Origin: Octopus sinensis
Lineage: Eukaryota
NCBI RefSeq assembly: GCF_006345805.1
Contig: NW_021832592.1
Coordinates: forward strand, 1 to 64,000
Direction: 5' to 3'
DNA length: 64,000 nucleotides
The translations under genes and the position numbers were made by a program. Positions 40,471 through 52,822 of this stretch are shown here, piece by piece. The notes under the pieces were generated by a model, which saw only the letters and a program-made list of their open reading frames with translations, searched no databases and had not been told where the DNA came from. Position 1 is the stretch's first letter. The number at the start of each line of letters is the position of its first letter.

Positions 40471-42182
40471 GAGCCACTACTGCGGAAGCTGGCGACGCTG
40501 AGGGGCATCCCACGAGAGCTGGGAGGTGCGTGTCTGCACAGGCGGACGACGTCACCGTCATAGTGTCGAGTCACAAGCACATCGACCTGGTCGGCGAGAC
40601 ACTAAAAGAATACGAAGTGGTAACGGGAGCAAAAATTAACCGGGAAAAATCATTGGGCTTGCGCCTCAGCACCTGGAAAAGCAATTCCATGCCGTCCAAA
40701 GGCGTCTCCATCGTGGGACGCTGGACCGACGGACCAGTTAAATTACTCGGAGTCTCGTTCGGTCCGGACCTCCAAATGGAGAAGAACTGGGGCGAAATAA
40801 CGACTAGGTTGGCCACTCTCACCCAGCAATGGGCCGAGAGGAAGCTATCCCTAAAAGGTCGGGCGGAGATGGCGAACGCGTACATCGCATCTGTCATCGA
40901 GTACCGTCTGATCGTTGTGCCTTGTCCCGACCCTACCATCGCCAAACTGGAGCGCATACTCTTCCGCTTCTTGTGGAAGGGAAGCTATCCGATGGTTAGG
41001 CGATACATTTACTGTCAAAACCCGCTAAATGGAGGACTAGCATGCCGTAGTTGATGATGCGAAGACATGCGCATCTCCGGCGCTTCACAGACGACGGTGA
41101 ACAGGTGTGGTCGCCGTTTGTGAGGCGCGCTTTCCCGCAGCTCGTCTCCTTGGCCGAACTGCAGTCGTGGATCGAGGCTAGGCGAATGGCACCGCGAGTG
41201 TCGCGTTGCTGTCAATCAACTGTGCCGTCCGGGATCAAACTTGTGCGACTTCATTACAACAAAAGCGTTCTATAAAGGATTAGTGGAGGGGAGGTGCGAC
41301 GACGTTCTCGGGCAGAATCTGGGCGTCGACGAGGAACACCTGACCCGCCTGTTCAGGACAACTTTCGGACTGGGACCTAGGGACAATCACCAACGATCCC
41401 TGGCCTGGCAGTACTATTGAGAAGCATTACCTGTTCAGGATAAGTTCTAATGGCACGGTTCGAGACACACCGGACCGACTTGCCCGAGATGCAGTCAGAG
41501 CGACGAAACCGTTCTGCACGCACTCGCTCATTGTCCAACCATTTCGGATCTGTGGGCTTATGCTGAACGGCTGCTGTCACGTGTGGAACGAGTCCGCCTG
41601 TCGGCCGAGTCTATCGTCACAGTTACTCCGCCACCTTCCTTCAATCAGGAAGGCAAGGCAGTCTTTATCGTACTGGTGGCCATGATGAAAGAATGTGTGT
41701 GGTGGACTCGAGCGAAAGGACTAGAGACAAACACTTACCTCTCTGGACAATCGCTCATTAACTTTTTCAAGTACCACTTGTAAAGGAAGGTGAGAATAAA
41801 GAGGCAGGTTTTGTCTCGTGAATGTTTCAAAAAAAGGTTGGTTGATGTAGCAAAGATGGTGCGTGCGAGTGACGAAACCACTTTGAGCATGATGCTGTAA
41901 ATCGAAGAGAGAGAGAGAGAGCATTTTGCTCTCATGAGGTTACCGTGGTCTTTTCCGTAGGCTTTTCTTTCCACGGATAAACCTAATCTTGCTTCTTACA
42001 TTTTAAAACTTCTTCTGTGATACACAAACCCTTTTGATCACCTTTTATTTTCCGATCCCTTTTCATCGGAATTTTACTTTTTTTTCTCTTTTTTTTTCTT
42101 TCTTTTTCATTTTCTAAAAGAAAAGCTCTACATTTGTGTTTGTCCCCTCTGTGTTCAGCCGTGTGTGGCCAATAAAAAAAGT
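40471..42182 (+). mobile_element. Second Tx1-like copy, 5'-truncated within RT
   Basis: Starts EPLLRKLATLRGIPRELG (equivalent to 39028 of copy 1); QADD; C-terminal CPRCSQSDETVLHALAHC (41481-41534); ORF2 stop near 41900; ends AATAAAAAAAGT. Confidence 0.92.
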
Positions 42183-42208
42183 TATCTATCTATCTATCTA
42201 TCTATCTA

Positions 42209-42242
<34 letters not shown>

Positions 42243-42257
42243 ATCTATCTATCTATA
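42183..42257. repeat. (TATC)n, 3' flank of Tx1 copy 2
   Basis: Direct reading. Confidence 0.95.
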
Positions 42258-42260
42258 TAT

Positions 42261-42436
42261 GTTTGTCTTTGTGTCTGTGTTTGTCACCCCATCACCGCCT
42301 GACCACCGAGGCTGGTGTGTTTATGTCCCTGTAAAGTAGCGGTTCGGCAAAAGAAAACAACAAATAAGTACTAGACTTAGAAAATAAGTCCTGGAGTCAA
42401 TTTGCTCGACTAAAATCTTTAAAGGTGATGCTCCAA
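42261..42436 (+). mobile_element. SINE family A, 3' half (partner of 34713-34862)
   Basis: gtgtctgtgtttgtcacccc..gcggttcggcaaaaga..ataagtcctggagtcaatttgctcgactaaa..ggtgatgctcca. Confidence 0.85.
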
Positions 42437-42960
42437 AATATAAGAATATAATATAACACCAAGCGATGGTGTTCTTGTGTTTTTAACATCTTTTGATACA
42501 CTCTAACAATATAACTTCCTATCTAGACTACCCATTCATGAGCTCCATTTTTGAGTAGGAACGTTCCTACGATACCATTTCATTGCAATTAATGTTGTCG
42601 ATGTACTCTCATACCTACATCCATGTTTCATTATATAACTTAAATTATGCTTCGTACCTTAGAATGACACATGCGAATCCTCAAATGATACCACATTTTT
42701 CCACTCCTTTTGAGTTTGTCGTATCCTACGCAATTTTCATGCAACTAAAAGACTTCATATTAGACACGACCAACATAGCAGTAATCCTGAAAATATCTTG
42801 CCATAAGGAAATGATAGTCAATTCTCCTTAAAGTTCACAATAACGCATTTCATATGGTCTTAGATCATTATTTTATAAATGAACCGATATTTGCTATAGA
42901 CGCTAAGTATCACAATTTCTGATAATCGCATTACCATTTCTCAAGAGTAGACATTTTATA

Positions 42961-43365
42961 GACGTAGGAGTGGCTGTGTGGTAAGTAGCGTGCTTACGAA
43001 TCACATGGCTTCGGGTTCAGTCCCACTGCGTGGCACCTTGGGCAAGTGTCTTCTGCTATAGCCTCGGGTCGACCAAAGCCTCGTCAGTGGATTTTGTAGA
43101 CGGAAACTGAAAGAAGCCCGTTGTATATATGTATGTATGTATATGTGTATGTGTTTGCATGTCTGTGTTTGACACCCCCACCCACCCAACAACGCTTGAC
43201 AATCGATGATCGTGTGTTTACGTCACCGTAACTTAGCGGTTCGGCAAAAGAGACCGATAGAATAAGTACTAGGATTACAAAGAATAAGTCCTGGGGTCGA
43301 TTTGCTCGACTAATGCTCCAGTATGGCCACAGTCACATGACTGAAACAAGTAAAAGAGTAAATGA
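42961..43365 (+). mobile_element. SINE family A, full length
   Basis: tRNA-like A/B boxes, accttgggcaagtgtc (CORE-like), internal (TA/TG) tract, (aaagagt)n tail. Confidence 0.9.
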
Positions 43366-44905
43366 GTATATTCTTTAGAACTAGAAAGTACTAGAGCCAT
43401 GAGGCAAAGTAAGACCTTTTTTTAAAAACAATAACCCCTTTCAGTTCACAGCTTACCTCCCCAGAAAATCATAAAGTGGGAAATTAATATGCTCCAGGGA
43501 TGAGATGGAGTGCAGACTAGCAGCAATGCATGGTGACCCCAGAAGAGATATTCCGTTAGCAGATGATTTCCCATTTCCACTTCCAATGCTCAAACCTTAT
43601 ACTCCTTTCAGCACGGCAAACTTCACTTTCGACAAAGTGAGGCAGTGGTGGTAAAAGCACACATAAGTTCTGCTTCGTAGCGATCTGGTCCCGCTTATAG
43701 AATATACAAAACAAACAAAAAATGCCTATTGCTGTTGAGTAGGATAGCAAAACTTTCACATTTGATCTGGAAGAAGTAGAAGGAGACCTTGTTCTGGACA
43801 CTCGTAGGGTGCTGTTTCGTTTCGAAAGAAGAAAACTCAAAAACTTCCACAGTTCCGATCTCTCTTTTAGATGTTGAGGGGAAAATGTTTAGGAAAATCA
43901 TTGCTATATGGTTAACATCACATCTCCTGGCCAACGAGTGCATCGATACGAGTGTCCAGAAAGGAGGGTTCTCAGGCTACTCTGGATGCCTCGAACACAC
44001 ATCGGCAATGTCATTAAGAAGGCAAGAGGAACAATAACTCCTTTGTTGTATAGTTGGCTCTTGCCAAAGCGTGCCGACTAGATAGACATAAGCGCATTCG
44101 AGTACTACCAAATACCAGCATAAGTAATCAGTCTCATAATGGCACACATAGATTTGCTGAGGATTATGTTCACCGTGGAAAATGTAACCACTAAGTGGCA
44201 GAGACTGGAAGAAGGTATATTGGCAAGATGCCTAATTTACATGATGCTGTTTGTGGCGACCATTAACCTACTGCAACAGGTAGGAAGGAGGCCCAAAACT
44301 AACGAAAACACAGAAGTTTAGTTTTGCAGTGCTTCCGTGAACGGCGAGGAATGGAGGACTTTGAGATAGCTGGAAAAGATGGTGATATGGTCCCTCTAAA
44401 AGTTCAATTCAGTGAAATCTCTGAGTTTGAGTATCCTCAAAGGAATATTGATAAATGATATCTTCAGCATTCAGGGTTCTGGGAGTTCAAGAATTTCAGA
44501 AAATAAGGAGTCCGATGCCTTGAGAAAAATTACGAATATACCCCTAAGGATATTGACAATGGCGAAGACAATAAAATTCAACTAGACTGGCTGAAGGTAG
44601 TTGATAAAAACCAGCTACCTTAAAATTTCAAGGTATGGTGCTTCCAGTATGGCGTCATACGCAGCCTGCAGTGGCCATTTTTACTTTGCATCTTCGGCAT
44701 GACTCGGACAGAGGCAGTGGAGAATTCGTGCGAAGGTGGCTGGGCTTTCCCGCAACTTCTTGCTCAGTCAATCTGTACGGCAAGGCTTCTAAGTCCCGCC
44801 TACCAATTTCGTTAGTAGTAGACGAATTCAAAGCCACGTAGGGAAGAGCAATTAGCAATTTGCTTGTCTGAGGATGAGAGAGTCAGACACACACACACAC
44901 ACACA

Positions 44906-44936
<31 letters not shown>

Positions 44937-44971
44937 CAACACACACACACACCACACACACATACCACACA

Positions 44972-45033
<62 letters not shown>

Positions 45034-45110
45034 GTACAGATACGTATACTTATATATACACATACATACAAGCTTACAAAAAGGACAAAAAGGTATGTCA
45101 ATGCCTTTAA

Positions 45111-45319
45111 CCCTTTCGTTACCAACCCGGCTGAAACTGGCTCTGGTTCTGAGTACAAATGTCTTGTTTTCATAAGTTTTGAATTAAAATCTTAGTCACA
45201 ATTTATGTTCCTAACACTAGCTGAATGATAACTAGGTTATTTTACTAAATTCTTTGTTATATTTAAAGTAATTGAAAGAAACACAGAGCATCTCAAAATA
45301 AATACAGTAACGAAAGTGG
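45111..45319 (+). mobile_element. piggyBac-type MITE nested in the HERO-like element
   Basis: TTAA-CCCTTTCGTTAC start; body matches 28444-28667. Confidence 0.8.
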
Positions 45320-45961
45320 TAAACCCACTCACCAGTTGTGGTTTGTCTATATTTGACTTATTTACCTTTTTACCAAAGGATTCGTTGTTCAATAGACTAA
45401 GATCTCTGGGTGAAGGGAGTAGAGTTTACACACTAGGGACATTGGCTATAGTGGGACTAGGCACTGGACCATCCGCCTTCTTGGAAAGAACTCTGGGAAG
45501 ACTTCCTTCATCCTACGTGCTCTCACTGACCTCTTGCCAACTCCAAATAACCTTAAAATATGGGGCACAGAAAAAGAAGACTCATCCTGCAACCGGTGTG
45601 TAACTACATTTTGATCGAGTGCACTAGGGCACCGTCTGAAGGCTGCTACAAGTGGAGACACGACAACGTCCTTGCAGAAACCGCCTAGTTGATTGATGTG
45701 CAAAGGGTTAAAGGTGAACAAATACCAGCCAACACCACAGTTAAACGGTATCAGATTACTAAAATATGGCAACATGGCTCCAAAGAAGAAAACAAATGCT
45801 GGGGACCCGTTTTATATTTTGCATCCAGCTTCTGACTGAAATATGTTAATAAACCTGAAGGACAGATTCGTCTTCCCAGAAGAGACAGCGGTAACATCAC
45901 GCCGATCCAATATGCTCCTGCTCTCAAGAATACGAAAGCAATCTTCGCAGTCGAACTCACA

Positions 45962-46146
45962 GTACCCTTGGAGGACAAATTCTATATTCCCACCAGCTAA
46001 GGAAAACTAAATATTCGGGCTTAGTCGACAAGGTTCTTGCCAAAATGATGGTACCCTTGGAGAACAAATTCTATATTTCCCACCAGCTAAGGAAAACTAA
46101 ATATTCGGGCTTAGTCGACAAGGTTCTTGCCAAAATGATGGTACCC
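45962..46146 (+). repeat. 89-90 bp tandem duplication within the RLE region
   Basis: gtaccc at 45962, 46051 and 46141 bounds two near-identical units. Confidence 0.9.
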
Positions 46147-46637
46147 AGTTTAATTTCCTATTGAAGTCGGTTACCGAGTCTTTTGAGCGTGGTCGATGCG
46201 CTATTTCCTACAGATGATGGGGCTGGAACCCAGTCAGCTGAAGAAAGCCACCTAGGATATAGGCACACAGGTTGGCCGGCAAAGATTCGTTCAGTCATTC
46301 GTACTCCACTCGTGCAAAGCATACAGACTAAGAAGCGAAACGCTTGTGACCCTGGGATAACTGCTGATGATATGGAAGTGTAACCAGCTTTGCAATGGAT
46401 TACAATGGGTTTAGAAGAGCTTGCAAAATCTCTGAGTAACTGCTTCAGTCTGTGTTTGAGGCGGAGCACCCCTGATGTTTATTTCACCTATACATCTTAG
46501 AGTGATGCACGCATAAGATAGTGGAGGAGCAACTACAATTACGCATAAAGATATTCCTGAAGCAAGATTTGAGCTAAAATACTCAGCTGCACGGACGGAC
46601 AGACGGACGGACGGACACACACACAGAGTCGTAGTTG

Positions 46638-46760
46638 CAGGCATGAGAAGCCCTTTTGGGAATCACCTGGCTTTGGGTTTAGTCCCACCGTGCGTCACCT
46701 TGAGCAAGAGTTTTCTACTATAGTGCCGGACCAACTAATGCCTTGTAAGAGAATTTGCAT
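46638..46760 (+). mobile_element. SINE family A, degraded 5' part
   Basis: gggtttagtcccaccgtgcgtcaccttgagcaagagttttctactatag. Confidence 0.6.
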
Positions 46761-46930
46761 CTGTGGGCATATAAGTATATATGTGTGTGCGTGTGTGTGC
46801 GTGCGTGTGTGTGCGTGTGCGTGTGTGCGTGTGTGTGTGTGTGTGCATGTGTGCGTGTGTGCATGTGTATGTGTGTGCGTGTATGTGTGCGTGTATGCGT
46901 GTGTGTGTATGTGTGTGTGTGTGTGTGTGT

Positions 46931-46960
46931 TATAGCAATAATACCCGGCGTTGCACGGGT
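46931..46960 (+). mobile_element. Helitron-like 5' terminus
   Basis: tatagcaataatacccggcgttgcacggg resembles 55033 actagcagtataacccggccttgcccggg and non-autonomous Helitron 5' ends. Confidence 0.45.
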
Positions 46961-49235
46961 CAAAGTAGTAAATATTTAGAGGGTCTAGTTATGTTTCAAT
47001 CTACATTACAGCAGTCCGGACCTCAATCGGTAGTGTAAAAATGAATTTGGCATTCCAACTTTTTTAGAGTTTTATTTAGGTGAAGGTTAGAGTTGACAAT
47101 GCAATCCGACATCACTAAGTCTATGACAAATAAGTATTTATCCGTCCGTGTAGTCACTCGTGTTGTATATCTCTCTGTATCAGTGCTATCCGATTATGCA
47201 AAGTTGTAGTGAGCATTGCAAAGGTGTGTAGGGTTATATTTGGGTTTATCAGATGTAGACACAGAGAGCGAGTCATCAAATGTGTATTTCACAAGTGAGC
47301 ATTTCTGGGGATTGGGCTGTTTAAACAATCGTTAAGTACGACCGTCATTAAAATGGGGAGAGTGATTGAATGTTGATTAGTTGTCATGATGTATGTATGG
47401 GTAGTATGTAAGCAAAAACGAATAGTGGCTATGACCAACTTACTGTGAGGGAAGTAATCGAATGGTTGGATGTGTTTCTGAAATGTGGGATTCACAACAC
47501 TGTCTTAACCAGGAGGACTTCTAAGAAACTTTCCCAGAAGGTTGTTTGCTTGTAGAAGCGAATGGACGGGCCGTTGCGACAGGGAAATCGACCCCGTAAG
47601 CCAAATAACCCGGAGGGACACACGAGAACACGTGCATAAGGGGATAGCCAATTGGCCGAGGTCACGAGAAGGCGGGGATTATGCAATGGAGATCGTATCA
47701 CGGTCGAACTGCAATAAGTGGCTGACCCGCCAACGGTAACCCGTTAACGCCGGTCCGCCTTTTCCTGCGGTGTGAAATGCGTAATTCTGTAGTATAATAT
47801 AGTCCAGGATCTCCTCAAAGAAAAGATAGCAATGAAAGGTAAGACATCTATCGAAAGCCGGAAAGCGGCCTGTCCCTGCTATAGGACATTTGAGGGTAAC
47901 ATGGGCACCATAGCAGTCGTAAGTAATGTTTTAGTAGCGGTCTTACCACCGAGTCTAACCTAAAATTGATTATTGGGAGAATCTACCGGAAATCCCATGA
48001 AACGTCAACATATAAATACTGCAATTGTTTGCTGATTCCATACACAGTGTATCGAGCTAAGTGCAATGTAAATTGGTACATGGGCTGACTGCATTAACTG
48101 AGTTCAAATATCGCCCTGACTTCGGCCCACTTTGAATGCAGTAAGCAAAAACGCAGTATTTTCATTGTCAAAGTTTCAAGGGATTTACAGTACTGCAGTC
48201 AGTATGTGGGTTTCAAAACCTTGAAGTGTTTTTCAACGCAGAAACGCAGTGATTCCCGTCTAGGAATGAACAGTGTCTAAGAATGGATTTGGGTGCACAA
48301 TTATAAACATTGGACTTGGCAAGAACTAAAAAGTTAGTGCTCCAAATGGCGTAGTTTAGCATTAGTATGTTTGAATAAAAGTTTGGCAACAGAAGTTTGT
48401 AACGTAGTAGTGCACTGAGCCCCGGCAAAGGATGACTTTTGTTTAATTAAGTGCGCCATGTTACGACCTGGTGGCCAATATCCGAATTCACAGAATTAAC
48501 GTGGAATGGGTGAATTTAAAACAACACAACACCATGATTTCTTTATAAAACTATTATTAATCATCAACATAAAAACAGCTTACAACAAATATATATACAA
48601 ACAGCCAAGGCTACACCAAACGTGCAGTCAAAAGTTACAAGGGTAACATATATACACAGTTCAGAAGTTCTGACTCCATATCTTGGTTTTTCAAAAGTAG
48701 CTTTCCAAAAATTTTGGGTTTCATAAAATCCAGATTTCCAGTTTTGTAAACATTCGGTTTTCAAACTTTGGATTTCGACAGTAGATTTCGAACCGTGACT
48801 TCATAAAATCTGTCTATCAATTCGGTGTTAAACCTTGAGTTTCGAACCTTGGAATGTTATAAACTTTGTATTTCAATTCGTTGTTCAACCTTGGGTTCCG
48901 AACCTTGGAATGTAGAATGTTGGATTTCGATATGACACAGAAAATTTTTTAACTGACAAGCAAAAAGTTCTGGCGAATTCCTGGAGCATAAAATAATTTC
49001 ACAAATGTCTAACACAAAGCACAAAATGCAGAAACTAAATAGGCAATCACAGCTTCCAGAATCCAATTGAACCTTGTCTCACAGAAAAACTGTCACCAAA
49101 ACTGGGTGTACAATTATCTCACACGCCCTACCACAATGCAGGGTTCAAAGTTCACATGAATATTATAACATAGCTTAAAAGATTTTTGTACTTACTCATA
49201 TTATTTTAAAACGGACAGGCAAAAAGTTTATTAGA

Positions 49236-49633
49236 CGCATGCGTGGCAGTGTGGTAAGAAGTTTGCTTCCTAACCACATGGTTCCGGGTTCAGTCTTACT
49301 ATGTGACACCTTGAGCAAGTGTCTTCTTCTATAACCTCGGGACGACCAAAAACCTTGTGAGTGGATTTGGTGGTCGGAAACGGAAAGAAGCTGTCATATA
49401 ATATATATCCACGGATGTGTCTTTGTGTCTGTGTTTGTTCTCCCACCCTCAGTTTGACAACCAGTGTTGGCGTGCTTACGTCCTCATAACTTAGCAGTTC
49501 GCCAAAAGAATCAGAATAAATACCAGGCTAAAAACAAATAAGAACTGAGCTCTATTCATTCGACTAAAATTGTTCAATGTGGTGCCCGGCATGGCCACAA
49601 TCTAATGACTGAAACAAGTAAAAGATAAAAGAT
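49236..49633 (+). mobile_element. SINE family A, diverged full length
   Basis: Head, core and tail align by eye to 42961-43365. Confidence 0.85.
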
Positions 49634-49808
49634 TATTATATTTTTAAAGTCATTATCATATTTTAAAATCATTATTATTATTATTAAAAAGAGCGCGACT
49701 GTTATTGGTAATAAATAGAGATTGACTCTATTTATTACCAACAACAGTCGCATTCTTCTTATTGTTTCTAACAGTATCTTTACCTTCGTGGAGAGTAACT
49801 TCAGTCTT

Positions 49809-49862
<54 letters not shown>

Positions 49863-50375
49863 TATGTTTGACTTTTGCTTTATGTCTGTACAAGTTGGCT
49901 CCAAGTCTCACCCAGAGACCTCAAGAGACAACAGGTTGGAAGTTCTGTGCCATATATTTGGTTTTTTTTTTTTTGGTGTTGTACTAGTGAATGTCTAATA
50001 CATAAAAATAAAAAAAATAAAAAAAATAAAAAAAATAAATAAAAATAAGAATTTTAAAAAAGTTATTGTTATTATTATTATTATATTATTATTAGTTGTT
50101 GTTGTTAGGCTCTTATAGAAGTATTTTGATGAATTCATGTTAAGTTTTGAATTTTATTCTTAAATACTCTCATAGCTACTTCTTGACGATGATTTGACTT
50201 TAGAAAACGTGTAAGAGAATCCGTCCTGAAAATTAGAGAAGAAAATGGAAGATAAAACGCAACAGATAGAATATAATGCCAAGTTCCAATTCGAATCTAC
50301 ATTGAATAGTATGATATGAATATCACTTCACAATGAACTGCTTAATCTTTTACTATTTCTACTAAATTTAAGATG

Positions 50376-50500
50376 TACAAGGGGGTACTGAAAAGTTCCT
50401 GGCCTTGAGTAGAAGAAAACACTGGAGGATTAGTTAATTATGATTTTATTCAACATATTCCCCCTCTCAGATTCACACACTTATTGCAGCGGTTCTTTTT
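50376..50500 (+). mobile_element. mariner-type element end
   Basis: TA-caagggggtactgaaaagttcctgg resembles mariner TIRs; partner end not found. Confidence 0.5.
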
Positions 50501-50532
50501 ACCTTTGTAAGAGAATATATATATATATATAT

Positions 50533-50828
50533 AGGCTCACGATTGTAAGGTCGTGAGTTCGATTCCCGGCGACGCGTCTTGTCCTTGAGCAAGACACTTT
50601 ATTTCACGTTGCTCCAGTTCACTCAGCTGGCAAAAATGAGTCGTACCTGTATTTCAAAGGGCCGGCCTTGTCACACTTTGTGTCACACTGAATCTCCCTG
50701 AGAACTACGTTAGGGGTGCGCGTGTCTGTGGATTGCTCAGTCACTTGCACGTTAATTACATGAGCAGGCTGTTCCGTTGATCGTATCAGCTGGGGCCCTC
50801 GTCGTCGTAACCGAGGGAGTGCTCCTTA
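50533..50828 (+). mobile_element. SINE family D in (TA)n
   Basis: B box gagttcgattccc, gtccttgagcaagacacttt (CORE-like); homologous to 4258-4503. Confidence 0.8.
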
Positions 50829-50831
50829 TAT

Positions 50832-50873
<42 letters not shown>

Positions 50874-50974
50874 ATATCTGTTGCAAAAAGTTAAGTAAAT
50901 CTTTTATTGTGTTGTCAACAAGTAAAATTAGAGGATAAACCGATTAATCGACCATAACATTTCCAGCATTAGTA

Positions 50975-51140
50975 ATTCCTTCTATTATTGGCATAAGGCC
51001 TGAAGTTTGCGGGAGGGGGCTTGTTGATTACATCGCACCCCAATGTTCAAATGATACTTATTTTATCGACCCCGAAAGAACGAAAGGCAACGTCGACTCC
51101 AGCGCCACTTGAACTTAGAACGTGAAATGAGAAGAAATGC
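50975..51140 (-). mobile_element. SINE family C, degraded
   Basis: ttatcgaccccgaaagaacgaaaggcaacgtcgac. Confidence 0.65.
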
Positions 51141-51199
51141 CTTTATGCATTCTTTTCTATGCAGTAGAAAGGTCACCGTTCAATAGGTACTTAGATATT

Positions 51200-51431
51200 T
51201 ATTTCTTTACTACCCACAAGGGGCTAAACACAGAGGGGACAAACGAGGACAGACAAAGGGATTAAGTCGATTATATCGATCCCAGTGCGTAACTAGTACT
51301 TAATTTATCGACCCCGAGAGGATGAAAGGCAAAGTCGACCTCGGCGGAATTTGAACTCGAAACGTAACGACAGACGAAATACGGTTACGCATTTCGCCCG
51401 GCGTGCTAACGTTTCTGCCAGCTCGCCGCCT
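51200..51431 (-). mobile_element. Full-length SINE family C with 17 bp TSD and Tx1-like tail
   Basis: ataggtacttagatatt at 51183-51199 and 51432-51448. Confidence 0.9.
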
Positions 51432-52480
51432 ATAGGTACTTAGATATTAAGATTGGAACAAGTCTGTGGGAACGATTTAATTGACCAATGTACTTAAGTG
51501 GTACTCTTTAGAGAGATGAAAGGAAAAGTAAACTACAACAGATTTTCAAATTAGGAGCATAAAGAAACAAAAGCCTTTTGTTCGACGTTTTAACGATTAT
51601 GTTGCTAATCTACTGCCATTTTGCTCATAGCAAATTAACGCTACTGCTGATCAACTACTACTTGACTAAGAGCGAATTAACGATATTGCCAACCCACTTC
51701 CTTTTCATTAAAAGCGATTATAATTCAAACATTAATTCCAGATGTTGAATTAATGACTAATGCCATATTTCATCGGTAAGAGATCAGAGTTGTCTTAGCA
51801 GCATTATAAGCACCCGGGCAAATCGATGCATTGGGTTTTATTGTATTTATTTATTGACAGCAAACCACATCGCATATAAATCAGAATTGGGCCCCTAGAT
51901 TCAGTGTGTCCATGCTGTAAGACGGCACTGCAGGAGACAACTAAGCAAAAAGAAAAGAATGGTGAAATATAATTAGTAAATCTAACCAGTAGTTATGCAG
52001 AGAGGGGAATATTTATTGCATATTTGATGTAAATAAAGCGCTATCCAAGGACATTTCCAAAGCAGCGGGTGAAAAAAAAAACGAGAAATTACTGTACTCT
52101 ATCGAATACAAACAATAAACAAGGAATTAATTGCCGAGTATTGTTGTTAAACATTGTAAAATATTTATTTCCTTTGTAAGAAACGATGTATTTAAGGAAT
52201 TAGACTAGAAAAGTTAATGACAGCATAGGAATTAGAAGCACAAATAATCGTTTAATACTAATAAATCTCTCCGAAGTTGACGTTGTATATTAACTTGTGT
52301 ATTATCCTCTCAAGTTTAATGCAATAAATACCAGTTAAATACTGAGGTCTACAAAATCTATTTTTCTTCACCTAAGTGACATTGTGGTTGAGAAATCAAT
52401 ACTGACAAACATCAAAATAAACGTAGATTGACTAAAGCAATTTCAAACTCGAACCGCTTCATATTCTATTCAACAGGAGT

Positions 52481-52822
52481 GGCGCAGGAGTGGCTGTGTG
52501 GTAAGTAGCTTGCTAACCAACCACATGGTTCCGGGTTCAGTCCCACTGCGTGGCATCTTCTGCTATATCCCTGTGCCGACCAATGCCTTGTGAGTGGATT
52601 TGGTAGACGGAAACTGAAAGACGCCTGTCGTATATATGTATATATATATATGTATATGTGTTTACGTCCCCGTCACCTAGCAGTTCGGCAAAAGAGACCG
52701 ATAGAATAAGTACTGGGCTTACAAAGAATAAGTCCCGGGGTCGATTTGCTCGACTAAAGGCGGTGCTCCAGTATGGCCGAAGTCAAATGACTGAAACAAC
52801 TAAAAAAGTAAAAAAGTAAAGT
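52481..52822 (+). mobile_element. SINE family A with internal deletions
   Basis: Near-consensus head and tail. Confidence 0.85.

Larger units (their letters stand above)
43560..46500 (+). pseudogene. Decayed HERO-like non-LTR retrotransposon (RT plus restriction-like endonuclease)
   Basis: PISLLDVEGK..IDTSVQKGG..GCLEHTS; WQRLEEGI; WLKVVDK..FKVWCFQYG; RRWLG..LPIS.VVDEFKAT; LRALTDLLPTPNNLKIWG..C..C; YKWRHDNVL; FVFPE..ELTVPLED..KY; PIEVGYR. Confidence 0.8.

Noticed and set aside
42961-43040. SINE heads as tRNA genes
   Set aside because: A/B boxes are present but there is no complete cloverleaf, and they continue into repeated SINE bodies.
47880-48200. PIF1/Helitron helicase-like words (LGGKTA, RSQG..YIALS) on the minus strand
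   Set aside because: Motif order and spacing do not fit; likely chance.
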